Assembly: GCA_977862235.1 (NCBI GenBank)
Contig: OZ374564.1
Span: forward strand, 868,001-932,000
Source of the DNA: Dudresnaya verticillata
Taxonomy: Eukaryota
Direction: 5' to 3'
DNA length: 64,000 nt
Under the pieces are notes generated by a model that saw nothing but the letters and a program-made list of their open reading frames with translations, did not search any database and was not told the origin of the DNA. The translations under genes and the position numbers were made by a program. Shown here in pieces: positions 9,401 through 21,300 of this stretch. Position 1 is the stretch's first letter. Each line of letters begins with the position of its first letter.

Positions 9401-10816
9401 GTTAAACGCAAGTCCGACGGGACGGTCGAGCGCTTCAAAGCGCGGGTCGTCGCTGGTGGAAACTTCCAGACGTATGGTGAAGACTACATGGAAACATACG
9501 CCCCAGTTGTGTCGTTCTCGCTGGTGCGCATGTTCCTATACTTGGTACTGTGTTTGAACCTGTTTGTTGCACAGCTAGACGTGAAGACGGCTTTCCTGAA
9601 TGGTGATCTGGCAGAACACGTGTGGGTAATGTCACCGCGTGGGATTCCTGGAAGGGAATCTCTCTGTTACAAACTTCTGAAAGCTATGTATGGGCTAAAA
9701 CAGGCTCACCTAGCTTGGCACACCAAGCTGTGTGGTGACCTTGCTAGGATGATGTTTGAGGAATTGCCAAGTGCGCCTTGCGTGTTTCGTCGCAGATCCA
9801 AGTCTTCTGGATATACATACATCTTGGTGTACGTTGATGACTTGCTCATTCTGGCGCCCACAAAATCGGAGAGAGACGCCATTGTTAAGGAGCTGCAGGG
9901 CCTCTACGATCTACGGCTGTCTGAAGGGGTTGACCTCTTCCTCGGAGTCGAGCTTGGATGGGAGCTAGACTCTGATGGCAGATTTGTGTCTCTCAAGATG
10001 ACTCAACAGGTCTACACGGAAAGTGTTCTTCGTCGATTTGGACTTCAGAACTCTAAGCCGGCTTGTACGCCAATGGTTGAGTCTTTCTTCACTGGACTTG
10101 CCGCCGAGGAGGACAAGGCTGTCGTGTCGGTTGAGACGTACCAGCAGATGATCGGGTCACTTCTATATTTGGGGCTTCGCACAAGGCTGGACATTTTGGC
10201 CTCTACGCTTATTCTCGCACGGTTCCAGAAGGCTCCAACTGCGTACTGTCACCGCGGTGCAAAGAGGGTTCTGCGATATCTTCGAGGCACTCACAAGCAT
10301 GGAGTTACGTACCAGTCCGGAACCACTCGTATCCAAGCTTATGTGGACGCTGACTATGCCGGTGACACCACAGACCGAAAATCTATGTCTGGTTACATGG
10401 TGAAACTGGGAGATGCAGTGTGTATTTGGGGATCCAAGAAGCAGTCAACTGTTGCTCTCTCAACTTGCGAGTCGGAGTACTATGCAATGACTCTGGCTGC
10501 GAAAGAGACGGTTTGGGTCTCGCGAGTGCTGAAGGAGGCCGACTTGAACGTCGAAGGCCCCGTTCCATTGAGATCAGACAACCAGTCTGCCATCAATTGG
10601 GCTACTGGAGAACGCAGTCCATCTGGTCGTGCCAAGCATATCGACGTTCGTGTACACTTCATTCGCGAACTTGTCGCCGACTCTGTTCTGGAAGTGGTGT
10701 ATGTGCCGTCAGAAGACAACGACGCGGACTTGCTGACAAAGCCACTCGGCCCCACTTTGCTCAATAGGATTCTACCAAGGGTTGGACTTGGAGGAGCCAT
10801 CGAGGAGGAGTGTTGA
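6494..10816 (+). CDS. Copia Gag-PR-IN-RT-RNaseH polyprotein, 1440 aa
   Basis: CDVCDKDGHTADRC knuckle; DSGATVH protease; WHRRLAH..CRAC, HSDIVG, HSDGAQEY, NGIAERVNR integrase; LDVKTAFLNG, YGLKQA, YVDDLL RT; DADYAGD, KHIDVRVHF, ADLLTKPL RNase H. Confidence 0.97.
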   Translation: MTDTEAEMDTSSGVKIPRFHGRRGDDYGLWRHRLRAACRIKGVWNVVHTSNDTPSSSQSTGEASADTSILHARTLAKREKACGIIISALGDAPLRVVMEVDDDPKRMLELLDSCYASSRTVSRIAVQTKLFCMTYTGQNMSNYVDQYTSLFAQLDLMGNDSAIPETHKAPMLLASIDPSCHLESTAAALRTKDAAELTWDYVATTLIDEYNAKDSHGSNAGGRSSKSKSRRKKKKKSASSGSRQQHNPLDDNDDSDDSSDIESTIRALAVALKSAKQAHSTPNRHLHCDVCDKDGHTADRCYLNPENPNNKLPPKVRQMFTNQGKKGNANSAVAASGKNNGKSAKVEIAGASVEMTTVVPPNDQGTYTDSGATVHCFHSMTSFVPSSVSRCEKRTVVLADKSSVTSDLCGDVILPFEHANIRLKKALFIPQMGYNLVSTGRLADKGIESHFRRLDVRLVLDSDGYYIGSGVRDASSGMYMLPEPEPHTSEEQVLAVPSTEQTTELWHRRLAHINFRDLAKVHEHVEGVPELGSTHEVCRACRLGKAHKQSFPGHFRPAKAVGDLVHSDIVGPIQISFPDRFRYATTFLDDKSRFLVVACMRSRRMLSAALDQASAKFIELGGAEITKLHSDGAQEYLALQKDLGGVGDSGKSFSPPYTPELNGIAERVNRTMVEAALTLLIQADLPGCLWPFALKHVNYVRNRVPHSTVGATPYSVMTGDVPDLKHLRVFGCAAYVLRLPRGSKFESRALEGVHLETLEHGIYRILVTGGDGIPRVVESRHVTFDESKFPGAPSLLEYGQDEADSDEDYESNSEASIFNSDSDDDVSLGNFEDEEDAIEVDTPSSAPLPPSEPSSFESDDTAEEENVSDNPPAGVSSDPERQQQSRYPRRQRRQTSKWFMASSAQAEQQVALTTGDEPTLREAMSATPEERGLWQSAIDDEFASLESKGTWVRDDSPDAQPLPTHAVLKVKRKSDGTVERFKARVVAGGNFQTYGEDYMETYAPVVSFSLVRMFLYLVLCLNLFVAQLDVKTAFLNGDLAEHVWVMSPRGIPGRESLCYKLLKAMYGLKQAHLAWHTKLCGDLARMMFEELPSAPCVFRRRSKSSGYTYILVYVDDLLILAPTKSERDAIVKELQGLYDLRLSEGVDLFLGVELGWELDSDGRFVSLKMTQQVYTESVLRRFGLQNSKPACTPMVESFFTGLAAEEDKAVVSVETYQQMIGSLLYLGLRTRLDILASTLILARFQKAPTAYCHRGAKRVLRYLRGTHKHGVTYQSGTTRIQAYVDADYAGDTTDRKSMSGYMVKLGDAVCIWGSKKQSTVALSTCESEYYAMTLAAKETVWVSRVLKEADLNVEGPVPLRSDNQSAINWATGERSPSGRAKHIDVRVHFIRELVADSVLEVVYVPSEDNDADLLTKPLGPTLLNRILPRVGLGGAIEEEC

Positions 10817-11849
10817 GGACATGGTCGCTGGCGCCTCACGTCACGGGTCAGGTACCCCAGATGGTACCCTGGCACGCTTTCACCAAACCTTCCGGAGACG
10901 ACAGCCCTTTTTCCGGGCTTCCAAAATCACGGCGCATTTAGGCCTTTTGCAAAAGCAACGTGAAACGGGCTTCTGATTGGTTGTTACAAACCGCCTCCAT
11001 GGTCTATATGGCTTACAAGTGTTGTGCTGGAATTGGCGGTTATAACAGGAACGGCCAAGTGGAACGATCTGATTGGACCACATGGATGCACGTGGTATGG
11101 CATGGAATGGTATTGGTATGACGCGCACTGTACTCCACAAGTACACATGAACGTGCCATGCAATGTGCTGATGGCGTCCGAGTTGGTACTGCAGGGACTT
11201 GCGCTACGTGGAGCCTGACTTGTGATATCAGGAGATGCAGTTGTCGTGCGGCCGACACGTTGGTTTACAGTTTGCACGTAGCTGTCGTGCGGCCGACACG
11301 TTGGTTTACAGTTGCTGTTGCCACGTAGGTGTCGTGCGGCCGACACATTGGTTTACAGCTGCCACGTAGCCAAATCTGGGTGATTACGTGGCCAATGATC
11401 CAAGTTGGATATTCATGGACGGACTTGAGCTGGTAAGTGCGGCCACGTGGTGTGCAGCGTTGTCCGACAGCAGCCATGCGGGGACACTCGATACTTTCGA
11501 GTTCCCGCCCAAAGTTGGAGTACATATGGATGGCAGGAAATGCGGTCGCAAGAGGGATTGCTGATGTCAGCAGTTAGCAACACTGGTGTGCAAGTTCCCG
11601 CCCATTTTGGTGGCGGATGTGAGTGTGCTGAGAGTATGATTTGGTAGATTTAATTGCTTTACTTTTTCCCGCCCATTTGATGATAGGGATTTTGGGCGTT
11701 TCTTTAATGATTTGTTTTGTTTGTGTTCACGCAGCAACTCATCCGAAAAGCTGATATAAGCCATGTCGGATGGTCGACTGCAGTAAACGAAGTCAAGCGA
11801 CTTCCATTTCTCATCTTGTTCAACTTCAACCTCTCCATATTCCTCTTCA
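10811..11849 (+). repeat. Copia-1 3' LTR (1039 bp)
   Basis: Preceded by PPT GAGGAGGAG. Ends TTCA before the TSD. Confidence 0.95.
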
Positions 11850-14216
11850 AATCTGGTGAGCAACGCAGAGGTGGAAGGTGGAAATGATGGGATATTAGAA
11901 GACGAAGATACTAGAAGCGACCAGGAAATTGAGGACCTCACCAAGGACGCGAATTACGTGCCGAGTGCGACAATTTCACGAAGACGCACGGCAGCATATG
12001 AGCCTGAACGGGTCCCGCAAACGCCCAGAGTTGCTGAGGATGAGACCAATGGCTCCCGAAATAGAAGGTACCGCTTCTACGCAAGACAAAGAAAGAAGTT
12101 GAGGGTTGGTGGTACTGCATTGCAAAAGCGTCGCAATGCTGCTCTGGAAAGGCTTGATGAAGAAGACTGGGGCTCCAAGGAGTGCTTCATGCGGAAGCAA
12201 TGCTTCAAGAGGATATCGATTGTGTACATGAAAGCCGAGATTCGCAAAATGTTGAGTATGGACGCCCATGATCGACGAAACTATTTGCACGGGTTGTTGC
12301 AGCGACCGGGATGGAATTATTACTTCGACGGTAAGCCAGTATGCTACACGTTCCTGGAGATGGCGTTTGGGTTTTCGAGGGACATGCAATATTCAGTCAA
12401 ACAGTTTGGTGGAAGCCGGCCAATGGAGGGTGACAATGCCGTGCCGTATCAGCCTTTGAGTGAGGGCAGGGATAAGATACTAAGTTACCTCAACCGGCTT
12501 GCTGAGATAACAGCAAGCTGCATGACCGACGCAGATGAGAAGCATCTGCCGTACTTTGATAAGGCTGCGGTCTACGAGAACTTCCTTCTGGGCCAGGAGA
12601 GACTGTATCCTGGAAAAGACCCGCCTCGACTAAACTACTTCTACCACGTCTGGAAGCAGCACCGCAGTGACATAAAAGTCCGCAAAATCCAACGCTTCAC
12701 AAAGTGTTCGGAGTGTGAAGAATTTAGTGCTGGACTTGCCAGGGCCGGTACAAACCGCACACTTGCGGCGCCGTTTCTGCTCTGTAGAAAGGAACACTAC
12801 AAGCTGGTTACAAAGGGGAGGGTGTACTACAGGGAGAATACGGAAAAAGCTACTTTGTATCCCTCCGAGTACTGTTCACTGATAATTGATGGCGCGGACC
12901 AGAAAGCGTTCGGAGTACCAAAGTTCGTGGTCAATACGAAGGCTACGCGTGGACATGCCATAGCAACCAAAGTTGTGGGTGCATTGGAACACGGTTCATT
13001 GAAGCACCTATCCCTGTTCGTCATGACAGGAGAGTTTGAGACCGGCGCAAATCACATGATCGAAACAGTCCATCGCCTTCTCACAGTCAAGCATAACCAT
13101 GGCACTCTGCAGCCTACGCTGTTACTGCAGCTAGACAACTTCACCCGGGAGAACAAAAAGAAGTACATGCTTTCTTATCTGGAGTGCTTAGTCTCGTGGG
13201 GTGTTCTGCATGAAGTGCAAGTTTCCTTTCTCCCAATCGGCCACACCCATTCCGACATCGACCAGGCCTTCAGTTGCACAAGCAAGAGGGTCCGATCAAA
13301 AGACATGTCGACCATGTCTTGCCTTCTCCGCGAACTAAACATGTAATACACGCCTCGTCCATCGGTGGCAAGGTTGCTGCAGGTAGCCAACTTTTTCGGG
13401 CTGTGTGACAAGTATGCGTGTATTGGCAAGACTGAAGCATTCTCACCCTACAGATTCTTTCGTATTACTCGCCAACGTGGTAAGGCAATGGGCAGAAAAG
13501 CGAGATTCCGCACTGGATGCCTCGCCAAGATTCAGTGTGGCGATGAGTGGAAACCACTTGTAACAGAAGCACATGGCAACTCTCTCAAACAGGAAGGCTT
13601 CATACTACTCACCCCTGACCTCATTAAGACGCCAGAGACCATAGCGCGATGCCCACCTAATATGAAGGAGGTCAATGATCGCATACGTTGCACCGAAGTC
13701 CGAGCGCTCAAGGCGTCGCAGATCGCCGAACTGGAAAATCTTAGGGATCACGTCCATAGAGATCGAAACGAACCATTTCACTGGGACTTGGATCACGCCC
13801 CGGAGACGAATGGGAAGCTGCGAAGGGACAGGAGATACCAGAAGTAGAGCAACTACCCCCACAGGACCTAACCTACAACCACAACAGAATGGTGGCCGTC
13901 AACTATGTTCAGGCAACCGTGCAATGTCCTTTTTACGTGGCAAAAGTGATGGAAGTTGTGAAAGGGGACGATGGAAAGGTTTCGAAATTGTTGTTGCGGT
14001 GGTATGAAGCCAAGCACACCGGTAATGTTTTCAGTGCAGCTTACAAACCTTCGTTCTACAAAACCAGGCGCGGGGTCGCAAAGGAATGGGAAGAAGACGT
14101 CACCGTTGATAGCGTATTTGTGGAGTTTGAGTTGCTCACTCTAAATAACCACCTGCCGGTTGCAGTACAGAAGAAGTTGCGGGAATGTCTCCACAAGCAG
14201 TAACATCCACAACATT

Positions 14217-15974
14217 TCACGCCCGCAGCCAGATTGATAGCAATGAATAGACAGAGTAGAAAATGGGGTTGAGTACATGTACTGAGACTGATGAACTCTT
14301 TGATGAACGCACCAAGTGCGTCATAAGTGCGACAAGCGTGAAGTCTTCCCGCTTGTCTTCAGTCGCGATTCTATCCGCGACGGGACGGACTGCCAATGTG
14401 GCAATCCCTGAAATGATCACTGCCACCCCATCTTCGTCTAATTCCCAAGCGCCTCACTAAGCCCATTACCATCACGGAGCTGCGATTTCATCTACCAGCG
14501 TGCCGTAAGCACTAGAAATAACTGAATCCTTTATCGCAACTCCGTCTGCAAGTAGCACCTGGTCGACTGACCCTTCTCAATCTGTGTCTGCGATGGCTAG
14601 TGCGCATAAAAGCTCTGCGAAGGTGCAAGCTCTCCAAGTCCGGGAGTGAGAGCCTCGGTAATGCCGCAGCAAAAGCTCAACTCAACTCGAGTCGGAGTTT
14701 TCCGAAGCCTCGAAATCTACGTCGGCGAGTGAGCCACCGAGCGCATCGCCGAGCATTTCGCCACTGGGCAGTGTGTTAGCGTTGACTTCACCACCAGAGT
14801 GTTATAGCAAATTACCGTCCCCGAATGAGACCTCCTTGAGTACACCGTCCACTTCAGCCGTTTCAGTGAGTGTATCTCAAAGCCCGGTACAATCCACCAC
14901 TTTCCCGAGAGTGTTAGCGTCAGCTTTTATTGTAAAGCCAAGCACACCCCCAGTCGATCTCTGCATTCCCAACAATTTCGATAGTTGGTTCGCAAAGCGT
15001 CACACCAAGTGGATCACCAAACTCAAGTGCAGTCCCAAGCACCTCTCTCAGCTGCTTTCAGCTTCCCCAACAGTTTCGGTAGCAAGCCCGGCAAAGCGTC
15101 TCACCATCTGGTGCTAGCACCAAGGGGGTCACAATCATGAAGCTTGCCGAGCGCAGTAGTGTCCGTCAGCACACTTGCACCACTCTCGCCTTCAGACTAT
15201 TCCAGACCCCTTCCGCATCTTGGTGCACAACTCCGAACGCTTCGGAATATGCTTTGGCAAGTATGTCATAAAGCCCGGAGCAAGCTAGTGAGTATTGACA
15301 AAATTGGTGTTAGCGAGGGTCGCAGCAAGCGCCGGCCGACCCCATGGACGTCGCTATTAGACACTAGCTCGAGTTATGTTCTGCCTACAACATCCTTCTC
15401 GGAATTGGCTAGCGCGGTGGCAGCGTCACTAGATGTGTCTGCGAGCACTTCAGGTTCTGTGCAGCTCCCACTGTCTTTCACAGCGTCACCGAGCGAGGCG
15501 CGCAGCGTCCGTAAGTGCGTCAGGAAAGGTTCAGCTCCCCTTCCAACATCAGCATCCTTCGCGTCAACGAGTGAAGCAACAGCGCAGACAAGTGCCATCG
15601 TGACCGCTTCAAGTTTTGCTTTGCCTACAGAATCCTCTTTGGTATCACCATGCGCATTGGTATCCGGGTCAGGTGCGACTGCAGGCATTTCGAGCGCAGG
15701 CCAGTTAACAACAGCTTCTTCAACCGCTGCGAGGGCGGCATGAGTATCGCCAAGCCCATCGACGAGCATATCAAGTTCTACCGAGGCATCTGACTCGACA
15801 GGAATATTCCTCGATGCCACCTGCCCCATAAGGAGCATCACGAAGCGTGTCCGAGAGTGCAGCTAGTCCGGCTCAGCCGACAGCATCCTCCTTGGTGTTG
15901 ACAAGCACGACGGCACCGCCACCAAGCGAGACCATTTCTGCAGAGCCGACGGTGTCTGAGAAGGAGCGGGGCAT
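14217..15974 (-). pseudogene. Decayed low-complexity Ala/Val/Gly/Asp-rich gene of unknown function
   Basis: Fragments MPRSFSDTVGSAEMVSLGGGAVVLVNTKEDAVG*, 15374..15841 and 14217..14426. Internal similarity NTKEDAVG/DTKEDSVG. Several stops and frameshifts. Confidence 0.35.
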
Positions 15975-16411
15975 GTCAACGATCGTAGACTTCACGCACT
16001 TTGATGCGCGATGATGCGCAGTATCGTTCGTGCGCGAGGTGCGCAGCGGGATGGGGTGGGGATGTTGGCAGCGGCGGGGCGTGTTGGGGTTGATGCGCGA
16101 TGCGATAGGGCATGCGGGGAGGAGGTGCTGTGCGCGGAGCGCGCCGCAGTGGACCTTGGAGTGGAATGATGGGCGTGGGAAGGGGTGGTACTGGTACCAG
16201 CACGTGAGTGCGTGAGCGCCGCGTTTGACTGGGTTACCCCAGATTTACCCTGGCAGTCAGGGAGTACCAGTCGTGCGGGGCGGCACTGTGCCCTTGAACA
16301 CAGCTCAGGGCGGGCCCGGGATGCGGCGAGCGGGGCCAAGCGTGCTGAAGCACGAGCGTCGGTGCGCTGCCAGGCGCGCCCGGGGGCGCAGCAGGCGGCA
16401 GTGCAATTTCT

Positions 16412-16550
16412 GGGTAAATTTAATTCGGAAATTCCGAAAGTTTCGAAACTTTCACGAAAGTTTCGGGGACATTTACCCGTATATGCGGCATGCTGTAACT
16501 CCGCAACCGCGAGAGCTATCGCAAAACGGATTACACCATTCTTCTCAGCT
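16412..16550. other. Probable DNA-transposon subterminal motif block (copy 1)
   Basis: GAAAGTTTC repeats inside a GGGTAAAT...ATTTACCC inverted repeat, then TGCTGTAACT..CAAAACGG..CACCA..CAGC with the same spacing as at 26145-26203. Confidence 0.45.
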
Positions 16551-18354
16551 CTCTCTCTCTAGTCCAATCACATATAAAAATTGCCATTCTACGAACCTGT
16601 TTTTCAGTCTGATTCGGAACACAGATTCTGAAAATCCGGAAATTCGTGTTGAGCTACGACTATCATACACACCGGAGCCTCACGTGAGCTGGATGGCACA
16701 GATTGCAAAATTCTCAGGTTTGTGCACGACGTCCCAGTGCGTAGGGAAGGTCTAGGCCTTCAGCAATGTTTGCTTTTTCCGCTTCTACAGAGTTAGCGGG
16801 CAGGAAAGCAGACCGAATGCTCGCTTTAGAACAGCCTGTCAGGTTAATGTGTAGTGTGGACCATGCGTCTCCACTTCCTACAAAAGGATAACAGTGCGGC
16901 TTCATATTATTCGCCCCGGACCTGTCTCAGACGTCTCCCACGAAGGCGAGATCGCCCCCAGACAGGAAGGAGGTTGGAGACCGTCTGCGGTCATGCGAAG
17001 CAAAACTTGGAAGCATTTCTAAGATGCAGTCATTGAGAAGCCTCCGAGATCACATCTACCGCGATAGAGATGAAAACTGGTCATGGGAGGATACGGTTCC
17101 TTCCGGTTCTGTGCTCGTTGAGTTCGTTAGTCTCAGTAGAGGACGCATCCCGATAGGTGCGCAAAAATGCCTACGCGAGGTACTAAACATAAACTGAGGG
17201 GCTCGCCTTCTTCTCTTCCTCGTTTCTTCGAACTGTTGTTCGAACCAAGGACATTGACTTCAGCAGCTGATCTTCACCCACTGCTCTTTTACCGATGGGT
17301 ACACTCCCGCCTCATGATGAACTCAACCAATTTTAAAGACAATATGCTATTCTCGGCGTTTGTTGTTTAAATCAAACCTATTCTGCTCAACGCGTTAACC
17401 ATGACGGGTACTGACTGTGCAGGGGTAACATGAAAGAGAGATGGGTGCCCGGTAATCAACTGCCGAATGTGCTCTAAATTTGGAACAATGTGGTCTTCTT
17501 CTACAAGTATATTATTATTCTACCTGATTCAGAATGGGGTATTTATGGTCATCAGGGTTATGTTACAACTTTCGTGGAAGAGCGGGCGTAAGTAAGAGCT
17601 CGTTTCCATCACATTGGCTAGGCCGAAGGAGGGCTATGTACATACACCCGGAGAAGAATTTTCACTGGTGCTTAACAAGCTCCAAAGAATCTGGAAACAT
17701 TCACAAATGCCCATTTTTTCTGTAATCGAGTCCTCTGGCTTTACGTGATCTCCATCCGAACTCTATAAGCACTTTCCAGTATCTTCCAAGCTCCGTGGGC
17801 GTTTATCTAATCAATAACACAGCAAGCTTGTGGAACTCAGCACTTAGCGGCTCATCATACTTCCGCAGAGCAGAATATCATCGGATTGGTCGAGAAAATC
17901 CGTCATTATTCCTTCTACCATAGTTTCATCCAAGAGAGCATTCTGGGAAGAGGCCCGCCGCTGGGTTGCGGCGTCTCCCTTTTCTCGAGGAGCACATTTT
18001 GTTCTACCGTAGTTGCATCAAGGACAGCATACTGAGAAAAGGTCCGCTGCTGATCTGTGCCGTTTTTCTTTTCTTTAGGTGCCGCACTCATTGTCGACGG
18101 CGAACGTCGAGCAGATTCGAAGGTGCGTTGATAGTCACTGGGCATTACATGAGTCTTAGCCACATCGTTGCTGGAGCCAGAACGGGGACTTGCTCGGGTA
18201 CCTTGGCTACCAGCGCTCTTCCCACTACCAGAATGGCGATAAAACACTGTTTTCATGATATCCTGTTTCCGATTATCGCTTTGAGAATCCTTTCGATTAA
18301 TAGTAGCCGTATGTATTCTGATGCTCTCCCTTGTTTCTGATAAATGGAAGGACG

Positions 18355-21300
18355 TCATGCGTGTACTAATGCATTGCGGCGCATGCAGTTTTCGATCCTG
18401 GATAATTTAACTCTATTGGAAGAGGGACAGAAACTTCTGCTCGTACACAGCCCTGCTGCAGTTACGCTTTCCTTCAAGAAGACCTTCAAAAATGTAAAAC
18501 CACGTCTAGTTCGTACTGATAAGACGGTAAGCGAATCGAACAGCGTGTTGATCCCCGATAGAAAGTGTGGAAAGCATCGAATAAAGATGTAAGCAATAAT
18601 CTTCATCTCTCAAACTCGATGTTGAGATGGTGCAGCGCTCAAGTGTGCTTCCGAACAAATTCAAGCTGCTTTCCAGCATACCGTGAGCTTTTCCATCACG
18701 GCCGGATATTTTCCAGGCTACTCTGGCTTTTGTGGAGAAAGGAGATCCATGAGAGATATAACTTGAATATTACACCCATACCTTCCAGTGCGAGAAATGG
18801 CGGGGTTATCAAAAGGTTGGGGTTGTCCATGAGCTCCTTGAAAAGAAATGGAAGCCTTTACTTGTAAATAGAACTCCATTTGACAAACCGATGACAAATA
18901 AAATAAGAGGATAGAAGCACTTCTAGGCGCTCTCGTCAAGGTATAGGAAGGAGGAGGAGAAGGATGAACTTGTGAGTGTCAAATCCTTAGGGAGGGAGGG
19001 CGGGAAAAGGATGAACTTGCGGAACTCTCTACGAAGAGTTTCCGGCTCCCTTAAGTACAGCCTAGATGTCCCCGAGAGTAGCGTACAAGGCCTTGCAGAT
19101 TATCGCCCGGGAGTCGTATTGGGAGTCACTGTTGTTGACAACATTTTCGGCACTGTACCCAAATAAGCGTCCTGCATTTGCGAACCATCTTGAGTCGGCA
19201 TCAATCCTGGTGACAACTAATTCGGTGGACCATATACAGTACCCTAGATACCCCTTCGGGACGCTCAGCGAAGTTCGCTGTTCTTGGTCAGTCTTTTCAT
19301 ACCTGTAAAGCGGCATCTTTGACACAACATAAAACGTGCACCACGCTCTCTCACGCGAACCATATCAAAATCAACTATCTCATCATCTCATCATCCAGAC
19401 TACTTATGAAATAAGAGACCGCAGACTTGGCGTGCCTGTTACAATACTTCTTGAACGGTTCTAGAAAAGGCGGTGTGCTGCCTTTGTACTGTTGAGGCCA
19501 AGATGCACTGTTCCGGGACCAGAACGCTCAGCACAGATTCCGAGCATATCACCATACGTACAATCTTGTCGATAATTCTAGATGCTGCTGAAGGAAGAAG
19601 GTGGAACAGGTCGACGATTGCGGCCCCTACTCTCGCTTTAGTACCAACGTGCATTCTCCTGTGCTGCGCCAGCTTCTGAGGCTCCACACACCTCCGCAGA
19701 TGCTCCAAAAGCTTCTCACCAAGGTGGACATTAAACCAGTGCGAAAATGACTGTAGTACTCTGCCAAGGCCCTCAAAGTATTTAATTGATAAGTTCTTGT
19801 AGTCCGCAAGGTTTTCAATAATTGTCTGTAACCTTTGTTGGAGCAGTTCCTTCGGCCTGTTTCAAATATCGCTTTGCAGTTTCCACAATCTCGACATCGC
19901 TAGACTGCAAACCCCTATAGAAGCCGGAAATGATTATCTGAAACAGGTTATTATTTGAACCTGCTTGGAGAAGCTTTGAGTAGTCGACTGCAGACAGCGC
20001 AGAAGTTCTACTGGCCTTCTTCGTGGGTACACGAGATGCGTGACAGCAACAGTTTGAATCATTTTGTTCTCAACGAGTCTGTGTCAGATACCCTTCTCTA
20101 CTTATGCCACCTTCTCAACGGCGGAGACTTCTCAGATAGCTATCACGTCTTTCAGGAGAACATCTCTCAGGGCCCCTAGAAGAGCTCTATTCCAAGAAGA
20201 GTGCTTTACTGTTCAAGAGCGAAGATAGTCCAATCTCCCATCGATGTGTGAAACTTGTACTTGAGAAGGATGTTGACGCGTGGGACGCTGTTGAAGGGGC
20301 CGCAATATCCGCCCCTTGACGCCAGTGAGAATATTAGTAACATCGCACCCAAGCACCCCTGCGAGCATCCGGAGGCCTTCTTGAGCTGTTTTGCAAGCGT
20401 TGGGAGCTTTTGAGGGTAGGTCCACAGTCAAACGGATTTTCTCCATTCATAGTACCTAAGATAATGTGTGCGACGCCGCATTTGACGAAGCTGCAAAAGC
20501 ATCTCCTCTTGAGAGCAGTTTGACTGGTCGCTTCGCCTACGCAGGACTGGTTGCAGACGGATGAGTAGGAATCGGGTGGTTCTGAACGGGCTCACTGGAG
20601 AAGCACAGCCTGCCACGGTGGTAGTAACCGTTCTCACGGAAAACCATTATTTCAATTTGGGACGCCCCATACAAACTCCAATCCCGTAAACCGTCACTCC
20701 GTCTACTTCTGTACCTCCGCCAGAGATGGAAAGTCCGCACGGGCGAAAAATATCCCCCAAAGCGCGCGCTTTTCCGCGCAGGTGCAGAAGCGAGATCTAG
20801 AACGATGGAGGCGGAATGGTGTGGGATGAGACGATGCCATCAAACGTAAATCTCTTTCGGTTTCCGGGACGGTTGGTTGCTAGCCAAACCTCAACCATAG
20901 AAGCGAAAGAGATTGTCATTCGCGAGGCGATCTTTGAATGCTTCTGCGACGGGACGGCTTGGCGATAGCTCGCTTCTAAGTATAACATTACCCGGACTGT
21001 GCGCTGGAGGGTCTACCAGCGCTGGTCGACTGTCCAGACTGAGGCACAGCCACGAAGTGCCCATGATATTGAAGTGCCTGATCAGAAGCACGGAAGGCGA
21101 AACACGCTCTTGGACGAAGAAGACAAAATTGTTGCGGACGGCATCAAGTACTTCGCGCTTATTGACACTCCCTTGTCGAAATCAGGGGTGCAGGAGTGGG
21201 TCCAACACGTCGTAGAAGCACTTCCCTTTTTTCGAAGAAGGCAGGTGTCTTTCAAAAATAACACTCCTTCCCAGTCCTAGGTTGATCAGTTCATCACGCT

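Larger units (their letters stand above)
4484..11849 (+). mobile_element. Copia-1: full-length Ty1/Copia LTR retrotransposon, TSD AATCT
   Basis: TG...CA LTRs at 4484-5557 and 10811-11849. AATCT at 4479-4483 and 11850-11854. PBS, PPT and intact polyprotein present. Confidence 0.97.
4179..14203 (+). pseudogene. Sola1/DUF7869-like DDE transposase gene, interrupted by Copia-1 (segments 4179-4483 and 11855-14203)
   Basis: Motifs FTKCSECE, IIDGADQ, LQLDNFTRENK, FLPIGHTHSDIDQAFS. Removing Copia-1 restores the frame (TLNL|VSNAEV). In-frame stop at 13344-13346; further fragments at 13365-13847 and 13889-14203. Confidence 0.7.
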
